Shown here piece after piece: positions 1 through 11,952 of a DNA stretch of 64,000 nt. How positions within the stretch are numbered: the stretch's first letter is position 1; every line of letters begins with the position of its first letter. Location: NCBI GenBank assembly GCA_951406725.2, contig OX597838.1, positions 23,250,001-23,314,000 of the forward strand, written 5' to 3'. This DNA is from Octopus vulgaris (lineage: Eukaryota). Made by a program: the position numbers and the translations under genes. The notes under the pieces were generated by a model. The model was given only the letters and a program-made list of their open reading frames with translations, was not told where the DNA came from and searched no databases.

Positions 1-242
1 GACTTTCATTTTCCTGAGTGTCAAACTAATACACTTGCTTGTTGTTCATACACCTGTCTTCGTCTTTTGTTTCTCTATAAATTTCAACTACATGTATGTA
101 TATATATATATATATATATGTAGTAAGCCTAGTACTTATTTTATCAGTCCCTTTCGTTGAACTGCTACATTACGGGGACTTAAGCATACCAACATCAGTT
201 GTCAAGCGATGGTAGGGGGACAGACAGACACACACACACACA

Positions 243-284
<42 letters not shown>

Positions 285-2044
285 ATGGGACTGAACCTGG
301 AACCATGTGGTTGGGAAGCAAGCTTCTTACCACACAGTAATATCCAGGATTTTTTTTTTCCTGACAAAATTCTGATTAATGTTTTCACTTTCCCTCTTCA
401 TGTGGTCTTCGAAGGGGTAACACTCCGCTTCTCTATACTATACTCAAATACCTCTTCAAGTGGTACTTTAAGGCATGACAATTGCCATTTCCACCCTGAC
501 TTTCCTCTTTAAGTGGCACTCAGAGACAGCACTTCTGTCACACTCACATGTGTCTTCAAGTGGTACTTTTGAAGAAGTAACATTCCACCTCTCCGTTCAG
601 CTTCCTCTTCAAGTTACACTTGAACTGGCAATATACCCCCAGCTTCACTCTTACCAGCATCAAGTGGTACCTGAAGTTATTTGTTTGCCTAGTGTTCTAT
701 CCAGGGGGTGATTTATTCTGTGCCATCATAAGTACATGAGTACATTAGGCTGTTGTTCGGGGGTCTCACAGGTCTGGGAACCCAGTTCTGATCTATGTCG
801 ATTGTTGTGGATGGATGAAGACAGTTTCATAAAGAAGTGCTGATCACTTAAAGTGGAGGAAAGTTGTGGAAGAGGGAAACCCAGGAAGACATGGGACGAA
901 GTAGTGAAGGCCAAGATGAAAATGCTGAACCTTATGAAGGAGATGACGGAGGACCAAGATACGTGGAGCATTGCTGTACTCAAAAAGACCTTCCTGTTAA
1001 AACAGAACTGAAATCCTAAACTAAGATGCCATGTAAAAAAGCATTGGTGTGGGTGCTGGTTCCATGTAAATAGCATTGGTGATGGTGCCACGTAAAAAAG
1101 CACCCAGTACACTCTGTAAAGTGGTTGACATTAAGAAGGGCATCCAGCTGTAGAAGCCACACCAAAACAGACTACGGAACCTGCTGCAGCCCCTGATCTT
1201 GCCAGTTCCTGTCAAGCCATCCCATAAAGATGTCTGTCTTTATGTTCTGAGTTCGAATTCCACCAAGGTCGACTTTGCCTTTCATCCTTTCAGGGTCGAT
1301 AAATTAAGTACCAGTTGTGTACTGGGATCAATCTAATCGACTGGCCCCCTCCCACCAAAATTTCAGGCCTTGTGCCTAAAATAGAAAAAAAATATTCCTT
1401 GTGTAGTTCGATGATTGGTAGGGGGTGGTGGATGTTGTCTTCCATGGAGGGAGTACAGGTAATGGTGGTAGTGATGGTGGTGGCAGTGATGGGTGCTGGT
1501 GGTGACAGTGACGATGGTAGTGATGATGGTGGTTGTGACAGCGGCGGTGGTGGTAGTGATGATGGTGGTGGTGGTGGTAGTGATGATGGTGGCAGTGGTG
1601 GTGTTGATGGCATTATCTAGACTTCCAGTGCTTGCTTACTCACTAAGTACTCAAGTTGTACTATTGTGCGTACCTGCGCACGCGTATGTGTGTACATGCG
1701 TGCCATGTGGTTTGGTCTGTATGTATGTCAATGGCCACTGTGTCCGTATGTTGTCTGTATATTCTTTCTGTCTGTGTCACTAGATGGCTTCGTACTGCCT
1801 GTGTGTATGTGTGTCCATGTATACGTTTATGTATGTGTGTGTGTAAGCCAGCTCGTTAGATCAGCTGAAGTCATGTGAGAGAGACTGCTGTTAGCGCCCA
1901 GACAGCAACAGCGAAATAAAACAATAGAACAACACTGTTGTAGACAGCAGCAGCAGCAACAGTAGCTGTTGTAGTATTGGTGGTAGTGGTGGTGGTGGTG
2001 GTGGTGGTATTGGTTGTGATAGAGGCATTTGAGGTCAGAGTGGT

Positions 2045-2470
2045 GTTTTTCAGTGGTGATGGTCATGATGGTGGTATTTAGTGGTGGCGGTGATGTTAGT
2101 GAGGTTGGGGACGTCTGTGATGGTAGTGGTGCTGATGATGATAGTGATGGTAGTGTTGGTGATAGTTGTAGGGATGGTGATGATGGTTGTACGGATGGTG
2201 GTAGTGGTGGTGATAAAGGCGTTTGAAGTCACAGTGGTATTTTTTAGTGGTGATAGTCATGTTTGTGGTCATGATTGTGTTTTTCAGTGGTGATGGTCAT
2301 GATGGTGGTATTTAGTGGTGGCGGTGATGTTGGTGAGATTGGGGACGTTTGTGATGGTAGTGGTGGTAATGATGATAGTGATGGTAGTACTGATGATGGT
2401 TGTAAGGATGGTGGTGGTGTTTGTGGTGTTGATGGTGGCAGTGTTAATGGTGATGATGGTGTTAATGGCA
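2045..2470. repeat. GAT/GGT-rich low-complexity DNA with an about 234-bp tandem duplication
   Basis: ttttcagtggtgatggtcatgatggtggtatttagtggtggcggtgatgtt occurs at about 2047 and 2281. Confidence 0.8.
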
Positions 2471-3086
2471 ATCATGGTTGTGGTGGTGGTTTGATACCCC
2501 CAACTCCACAACCGTCTCCTTATTCTCCTTCGGTCCTTTATGTTGAAGCTACCGTTGTCCCTGTAGTTGTAATAGTAGTTGTGGTCAGAATTGTTGTTTA
2601 ACCCCCGGGTTGACTCTCTTAAAGTTTATCTATGATCAAAAGCTATCCAACCATGATCATCCCATTGTTTTTCCGTAAAGTGGTTGGAATCAGGAAAGAC
2701 ATCCAGCTGTAGAAATCAAACCAAGATAGACTATGGAACCTGGTGAAGCTCCTGGCTTCGCCAGCTCCTGTTAACCCTTTTGATACCAACCTGGCTGAAA
2801 CTGCCTCTGGCTCTAGTACAAATGTCTTGTTTTCATGAGTTTTGAATTAAAATCGTCCACCAAACCTTAGTCACAATTTATGTTCCTAATTCTCACAGCC
2901 AGTGTGGGCATGTTTACATTCCTTTAACTAAGAAATGGGAATAAATCTGTTTGACTAAACCCTTCGAGGCGGTGCCCCAGTTATGGTCACAGTCCAATGA
3001 CTGAAACAAAAAACAAAAGGTAAAAAAAATTTTTTTTTCTTTTACACTTTACTGATTTTTCTTTTTTGTGTTTTTCTTTTATCCAG

Positions 3087-3222
3087 TGCAATTTAGAATC
3101 ATTATGTCCAAGAGGTCGAACTCCCCTTCATTTGGCAGTCACTTTGGGTCACCTCGAAAGCGCTAAGATTCTTATGCAGCATGGTGCCAACGCAAATGCC
3201 GAGAATGGAGCATTCTGGTCAG
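3087..3222 (+). CDS. ANKRD13: ANKRD13 exon (ankyrin repeat)
   Basis: atccag|TGC...TCAG|gtgagt; [45 protein letters not shown]. Confidence 0.93.
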
Positions 3223-5456
3223 GTGAGTTATTCACTTTATTCTCTAAAGAGACAAAGAATCCTTTAGACTTTGTCTTACATCAACAACAGTTGTTGTTGT
3301 TGGTGTTGTTGTTGCTTAGCTCCAGTTTAGCCCTGATTCAATAAATGCTGTATGATCTTTCTCTCTCTCTCAAGATTATAAGATCTTTGTTCTTACTCTT
3401 TCTCTCTCTTTCACTCTTTCTTTCCCTCTGTCTCTCAAGCTTCTAAGACCTTTATTCTTAGTCTCTCTCTCTCTTTCTCTCCCTCTCTCCCTCTCTCTCT
3501 CTTTTAAAGATCTTAAGATCTTTATCACTCCTTTCCTTTTTCCCTCTCTCATCCCCTGCCTCTCTTAACCTTTCAATCACTGTCATCCCCTCTCTCTCAT
3601 TCCCTTTCTCTTGTCCTCTCTCTCAAGACCCTAATATCTCTCTTCTTACGCTCTCCTTCTTTGCTCTCCTTTTCTCCCTTTGCTCAACTATTTGTTACTC
3701 CAGTTCTTCATGAAATGACAGGCACAAGAAACCCTGTCTTGAAGTAAGCGTTCAGTAAATACCTTACAAAGAAAGGCATTCTTGCCATGGCCACCCTATA
3801 TCTATGTAGGTTAGTCATGGGCAGACTGTAGTCTGCAAGACTTTCTGAAAGGCACACCTAACACAAAAATCTCCTCCAAGTTTTTTAGTAGTGTGGCCTG
3901 CCTGGTGAGCTACATCTTGTGTGCTTTGTTTCTTGATAAAGGTTGCCCTTGCCTAATCAAGTTCTTTGGGTGCTTTTAAAGGAGTCCACTTTGTTGCAAA
4001 CACTCAGCCCAGGTCTAAAGGATATTGTCCTCTCTTCCTCTCGCCAATGAAATTTCATTCTGTTTGTTCCAGATCCTAGCTTAGTATCTATCATATGGCA
4101 TAGTGGTTAAGAGTGTAGACTACTAACCCCAAGATTCCGAGTTCAATTCTAGGCAGAGACCTGAATAATGATAATAATAAAAACATCGAAAAATACCCTA
4201 GGAATGAGAACCCAGGTTTGAAATTCCACCAGGACACCTGATGAAGGCTGGAGGGGGTACATCAGTCAAAACGTGTTAACAACAAACAAGATGAGGATAA
4301 ATATCCATCAAATGTAAATAATGTACATAATTCCTCATCTCTTAAATATAGAACTGTATCAGCAACATACCTCAGGAATGAGAACAGTGTTTCCTTTTAG
4401 TCAAATAAAGGGCTGGCTTTGAAATTCCACCAGGACACCTGATGGAGGCTGGAGAGTACACCAGCCGAAATGTTGTGATAACAACAAACAAGATGAGGAC
4501 AAATATCTGTCAAATGTAAATAATGTAGTATCTACCTACCTCTCTCCCCACCCTCATAAACTTACTCATACCACTTATATTTACCTTTCTCGGATTTGAG
4601 GGTAGCCCATGACACATTTCCCCCACCATCTTCTTTCTATTTCAGCTGGGGTAATCCTAAATCTCCCTACAGCAAGACGCCTGTCTCTGTCCGTCTTATC
4701 ATACTTTAACCTTTCGTCACCTAGCATAAAATCACTCCCTCAATAACCCGTCTCCGTCAATTGAAGGGGCCCTTGGCTTGCATTCGACTTGTTGACTGCA
4801 TTAGTACCAATGTTATGTAAAAAGCACTTAATACACTGTGAAATGGTTGGCATTAGGAAGGGCATCTAGCCTTTCCAAACCATGCCAAAACAGACATTGG
4901 AGTATGGTGCAGTTGTGTGCCTCACCAGCTCCTGTTGAACCTTCCAACCCATGTCAGCATAGAAGACATGTTAACCCTTTCATTACCAACCTGGCCAAAA
5001 CCGGCTCTGGCTCTGTAGTATTAATGTCTTGTTTTCATAGGTTTTTCATTAAAATCTTCCACCTTAGTTAAATTAAATTGCAACCTTAGTTGCAATTTAT
5101 GTTCCTAACACTAGCTTAATAATAACTAAGTTATTTTACTAAATTCCTTATTATATTTAAAATAATTGGAAGAAACACAGAGCATCTCAAAATAGATACA
5201 GTAACGAAAGGGTTAAATGATGATGACGACAACGATGATGAACTTTTATGACCAAAACAGATAGAACAATTGCAGGCACTTCTGAGACAGAACTCTTTAC
5301 CTTTGATTGCCTCGTTTCGCTTCACTTGTCTGTCAGTATGTCATGAGTTATCAGAGCATCTGCTTACCATGATAGATTGACATTTTATTCCAAAGGTGAT
5401 ATCTCTCCATTTTTATTCCCCACTTTTTCCTTCTCTCACTTTTTCCTCCTATCTTT

Positions 5457-5505
<49 letters not shown>

Positions 5506-8500
5506 TCTCTCAGACTATCTTTTGCCTGTTTCTGCTTCATTCTCTCCATTCCACCATTCCTCGTTGATGTTTGTTCTTTCTCTCTTCTTCTCCAATTCCT
5601 CTTCTTCCTGTCTTTTATTTCTCAGTCTCATTTTCCGTTCCTTTGTCTCATTCTCTCTCTCTTCCTCTGTCTCTCTTTGATGTTTGTTTTTACTCTCTCC
5701 TTCTCTCTCTCTCCAACTACGTTTCCAGTTCTTCATGAAGCAACTGGCACAGGGGACCCGGAATTGGTACAGTTAGCTCTGAAATACAGAGACTATCAGC
5801 GCTACAGTAAACGGTCGGCTGGAATACCGGACTTACTGCAGAAGCTAAAAGAAGTAAGTATCATCATTCTTTTATTCCCTTTTTGGAATAGCATGAACTC
5901 CACAGATGTATTATGAAGAAGAAACAGGATGAACTCCACATCATCCTGTTTCTTCTTCAGAATACATTTATAGCATTATCATGACTCCCATATTTGATAG
6001 CTCTTGGTAGTTATGATGATGTCATAGATTTTGCTTCAAAAACTGCCCAGGGCCTTATGTGCAATGTTGGCCCTCCCATAAGCTTTAATGGGCAAAAAAC
6101 AATTTTTTCTTGACTATGTTCCGGGTTCAATCCCACTGCGTGGCACCTTGGACTAGTGTCTTCTACTATAGCCTCAGGCTGACCAAAGCCTTGTGAGTGG
6201 ATTTGGTAGACGGAAACTGAAAAGAAGCCCGTCGTATATATGTGTATATATATATATGCGTGTGTGTGTTTGTGTGTCTCTGTTTGTCCCCCTAGCATTG
6301 CTTGACAACCGATGCTGGTGTGTTTATGTCCCCGTTACTTAGCGGTTCGGCAAAAGAGACCGATAGAATAAGTACTGGGCTTACAAAAGAATAAGTCCTG
6401 GGGTCGAGTTGCTCGATTAAAGGCGGTGCTCCAGCATGGCCGCAGTCAAATGACTGAAACAAGTAAAAGAGTAAAGAGTATGTGCTACTGAAATTGAGGT
6501 GCATCTAATATGCCTATGCATCTTTTATACCATCAAGTACAGTAGAAGGGTGTGTTGGAAAGTTCCTGGCTTTAAGGGTATCACAAAAGGCCTTGTTGGA
6601 GACCCAACCTTCCAAGTTCTTTTACAATGCTTAGAAAAACTCAAGGACTACTACAATGTGTGTGAATGTGAGAGGGAGGAATATGTTGAGTAAAATCATA
6701 ATTAACTGATCCTCCTCTATTTTCTTTTACCCAAAGCCAGGAACTTTTCAACACCACCTCGTATATAGGTGGCTCGATGGTAAAATTAATTGCGATTAAT
6801 TTACTGCGATTAGTCTTTGGGACAGCTGTCTTCCCACCCTGAGTAAGTGCTGACTCTGTCCAAAGCTCAAGCAAGACTCACCAAGATGCACTCCTCCCAA
6901 ATATAAATCTTCACGTAGAAATCTTTTGGACTGCAGCGAAAGGAAAGCCACCTGGCTGATAGGCAAGGATTTTCTCATCAACAAACTCCGACCTGTAACC
7001 CACAGTCATGTTGGGTTTCTCCCTGTGGCTCTTCTACTGCTACTACATTGGCTCCTGCTCCATCAGAGCTGGCTAATTGCATAGCACTTCACTTGTACCT
7101 CATCTCTCTCTACCTCTTGTCACCCATTCTCTGTCTGTTCTTCCAGACCCTGTGTCCATCATCCTGCCCAATTCTTCCTTCCTTTCTCAGAATGTCAGTT
7201 CTATGAAATTGTTGTTCTGTGCATATTTTCCCCACAGATATCAACTCACAACTGTCAAATTGAGCATCAACTGCAACAGTCTTACCAGTCCTGGAGGGTC
7301 TGTACATGCCTCAAATGTCTTGGAGTACAATCACTTTCTCCTGATTAAAACCTGTGTGGGCAGCCACAACTATGGTAGGAAGTTTGCTTCAAGTTCAATC
7401 TCACTGCGTGGTACCTTGAGCGAAGTGTCTTCTTCTAAAGCATATTAGTGAAGTGATACACAAAATTGGACAGGGTGTGAGGTGTGTGGGCAGGGAAATT
7501 TGCGAGAGTGGAGATGGTGGGGAGGGTAACGCTGTGCATGGACACCCGTAAAAAGCACCCACTACACTCACGGAGTGGTTGGCGTTAGGAAGGGCATCCA
7601 GCCGTAGAAACACTGCCAGATCAGACTGGAGCCTGGTGCAGCCTTCTGGCTTCCCAGATCCCAGTCGAACCGTCCAACCTATGCTAGCATGGAAAACTGA
7701 CGTTAAACGATGATGATGATGACACAGGTTTTATAAAACAGTTTGGTAAGTCCAATTGCTGCAAGGAGCAAAGGCTCCAGTAATCTGGTCCATTGCATTT
7801 CGTCTGGAAATTTCTTCCTATTGTTTAGCCAGTCTACAACACTTGGCATTTTATTGTTTTATTTTGTTAATGTTTTGTTTTTCTTATAGTGCAGTCATTG
7901 ACCTTCTCCAACTAAAATTAAATATTCAGTTTCTGTCTTTTATTCCAAAGCTGTTCAGCCATTGTTGGCTTACATATCAGCTCACTTCCTCTCTGTCCTC
8001 ATGGTAATTTACCACAGATAGGTGGTTTTTGTTGTTTTTGTTGTTGTTGTTTTTAATGTTTTACATTTTGTTGTTTTATTTTTTGGAAGCTTTCTACTAT
8101 GTTTTTGCTCATCCCCGTTTTAATTTTTTGTTTTTGTTATTGTAAGCATTGTGTGTACATGAATGGGGTGATATTTTTTTCCTTGTAATGTCACCTTGTC
8201 CATCACCTTTGAGGAAAATACATCATCACTATCATCATCATTATTATGGGCCGATAATTAGCAGAATCGATCGTTAGCATGCCAGACAAAATGCTTAGCG
8301 GCATTTCTTTCAGATTTGCATTGGGCTTAAATTCTTCCAAGGGCAACATTGCCTTTCATCCTTTCAGAATCGATAAAGTATTCTTTTCTACTCTAGGCAC
8401 AAGGCCTAAAGTTTTGTGGAGGAAGGGGGGGGGAGTCGATTAGATCAACCCCTGTATGCAACTGGTACTTAATTTATCGACCCCCAAAAGGATGAAAGGC

Positions 8501-10019
8501 AAAGTCACGGTACTTAATTTATCAACCCCAAAAGGATGAAAGGCAAAGTTGGGGTACTTAATTTATCGACCCTGAAAGGATGAAAGGCAAAGTTGGCCTT
8601 TACAGTTTTCGTACTCCAAATTCTTGCAGTTTCAAATTTTAAAGGATTGTATTCTTTTAATTTTTCATCCTCTTTCTTCGTTATCTCCGCCTTAGCAAAA
8701 GCGGAGGTATTGTTTTCAGTTGTGTTTGTTTGTTTGACCGTTGACAAGATATCTCAAGAACCACTGGATGCATTTGGATGAAACTTTCAGAGACGTTTAA
8801 CCATGTGACTGGCACAAGCTGATTAGATTTTGGGATCAATCCAGTACTGGACAAGGATTCTGGATTATTTTTCGGTTTTTGTTACTTAATTTTTGAGAGC
8901 AGTTGGGTTCATTTTTAGTATTCTTGTTTGTGAGAGCAGTCAAGTTTATTTCAGAGATTCTCATTTTAAAAATCATCTCTGGCTAATCATTGAGAGGACA
9001 TTGGTGTTGCCTTGGCAGAGGTTTGTGCTCTCTGAGTGCACTTGTTATTTATATTTTTATTATCATCTTGATTTAGTATTTAGTATTCTTGGTAGAATGT
9101 ATATGGGTCACGGGTTACACCCTGTAACCTTAGACCTCCACATGATTTCAATAAGCCATCAAGTGCTCAAAACACTTCTTATGATTGTTCCTGTTCCTAG
9201 GAGACAAACCTTCTGTAGAAGCTCTACTAGACATTCCAATCGAGTCTCCTTTTTCCACTTGTTTGTTCCGTGACTCACTGCATCAATTATATTGTGTAAC
9301 AAAATTCTAATATTTTCTTTCTTTCTTTCTTTTTTTTTTTTTTTTTTTTTGTCTTTGGTCAGTAAGTGTTGTTTCCTATTTGCTTCTATCTGGAAATCAA
9401 AGGAAACGACTACTATTCCCTTCAAACATTGCTTTTGCGACTTGAACATCAATGTTTTGAAACTGACCTATTTTCCATTAACATTTCACACAGATTCAAC
9501 ATTGAGCTGCTGAAGCAGAAATATCATTATAGCAAATATTCTGCTCAATATCACAGATTTGCTTGTCAACTGGTTGACCTTAATCACTTGAGTATAAAAC
9601 CTTAGTGGCTGACAATATGTGCATCTCTGATGATGAGCAGAAGTAGTGGGAAGCATCATAGCCATGTTTTGAGAGAAATTCTTTGGGGCTTGAATAAATG
9701 TAACAAGAACATAGTTTGAAGGAAATATTAGTCCGTTTTTCGTAGTTTCTAGGGGTAATCAAACAAGAAATAACAACTGCTGCCCAAGGACAAAAATCAT
9801 GTTACACAGTGTTATGACCAATACAATCTTTACAGATTTCATGTTCCGAATCTTTACAAATTTTAAGAGGTTATATTTTTTCAACTTTTCCCCTGTTTTT
9901 TTTTTCCACAATCCCGGCATTTAATGGGCATGATGGATCAATCACTAAGCAAATTTGATGTTCTTTTGTCTATTACTGTTATATCTGGTTTATTATATTC
10001 CATCTTCTTAACTATTTGA

Positions 10020-10077
<58 letters not shown>

Positions 10078-10776
10078 TATGTTTGACTTTTGCTTTGCAT
10101 TTGTACAAGTTGGCTCCAAGTCTCACCCAGAGACCTCAAGAGACAACATGTTGGAAGTTCATGTTGTTGTTATGCCTAGTGTGCCATATATTTTTTTTTT
10201 GTGTTGTACTAGTGAATGTCAAAAAAAAAACGAAAATTATGTTTGTTTTAAACCTTGAGATTACATAGAAAGTATTTTGCGTAGGATATGAGCAGTTCCC
10301 ATGAGCACTATCTTTTGAATTTCTGCCATATTTGGGTTTCCTGGTATCTGAGTTAGTTATTATTATTATTATTATCATCATCAACTTCTTCAAGTTCGCT
10401 TAAAGAGGAAAATAAGGGTGGTGAAGGAAGTGTTGCCATCTAGCTATTCTGTTAAAAGGTGGATGAGACCGGCAAGAATGGTGCGAGTGAATAGGCCTGC
10501 CCTGAGCATACACCTCAGATGAGGAACTGAGGAAAGGCACCTGGCCCAGAAGTCAGGGCGTCTGTGGTTTCAATGGGTTCATCTATGGGCAACCCTTGAA
10601 CATCTACCTATTGAGGATTATACATTGTTAAAATTGTTTTTTTCTTTTTTCTTTTTTTTTCCCCCGTTCAACCTGTTTACACACAAAACCCTTAAAACAT
10701 ACACATATACATACCCTCTACCATCCATAATGTTTATCTTGATGTAAACCTTTTATGATCAATGAAGAAATCACCA

Positions 10777-10812
<36 letters not shown>

Positions 10813-11898
10813 TATGTTTGACTTTTGCTTTATATTTGTACAAGTTGGCTCCAAGTCTCACCCAGAGATCTCAAGAGACAACAGGTTGGAAGTTCATGTT
10901 GTTATGCCTAGTGTGCCATATATTTGGTTTTGTATTTAGTGTTGTACTAGTGAATATCTAAAAAAAAAACATACGAAAATTATGTTTGTTTTATTATTAT
11001 TATTATTATCTATTATTATTACAGTCCCCTGACTTCTATGTTGAAATGAAATGGGAATTTACAAGCTGGGGTAAGTACCTTCTTATGATTATTGTTCTAA
11101 TATTTTTCCTGTGTTGTAAAGGTCAGTCTATTGGCAAACGTCCTGCTGGAGCAGTACACTAAATGGCAGCATTCATTTCTATCCATCCAGCTTTTCCTTT
11201 TTAGATATAGATTTCCATCCATGGCAATGCCAGTTGATACACTCGACTGCAACAGTAGTAAGACACAGAGTGGGTCTCTAAATGTATATTTTGACCTTGT
11301 AGAAGTAGCAGCTAAACCCCTTGTCTCAAATCATAGTCTTTAACAAAAAATACCATCAAAGTGATGCTGGGGTACAAACGTACAAAGCCCAATATACCCA
11401 TCATGACTACCCATTTGATAAAGGTACACCAGGCACATGCACCACAACCATATGTGCATGACATAGTGACCTCGTCTCAAGATAAATGGTGCATGACCTT
11501 GCAGGTGGGGGCCTAGTTTGAATTTTCTTTAGGTCAAGTAGCCCATTGTGCTCAAATGCTCCCTGAATAAGGGTTGTTTAAGGATGATGAGCGAACTGCC
11601 CATGTTTCCTGAGGTGTGTTACTAAAGCCCCAAATAATTCCTCTCGACATATGGTTGTGTTGCTTCCCCACTTCTCCTATTGCATCAGGGCATGATGCTG
11701 TCCCATTACTCCTGCTTGTGATCAGAGATACACTTAGACACAGGAGTGGCTGTGTGGTAAGTAGCTTGCTTCCCAACCGCATGGTTCTGGGTTCAATCCC
11801 ACTGCATGGCACCTTCGGCAAGTGTCTTCTACTATAGTCTCGGGCTGACCAAAGCCCCATGAGTGAATTTGGTAGACGGAAACTGAAAGAAGCCCATC

Positions 11899-11952
<54 letters not shown>

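Noticed and set aside
1290-2601. Gly/Asp/Val/Thr-rich ORFs, considered as possible ANKRD13 exon 1
   Set aside because: GGT/GAT low-complexity DNA with no ankyrin-like sequence or convincing start/donor pair.
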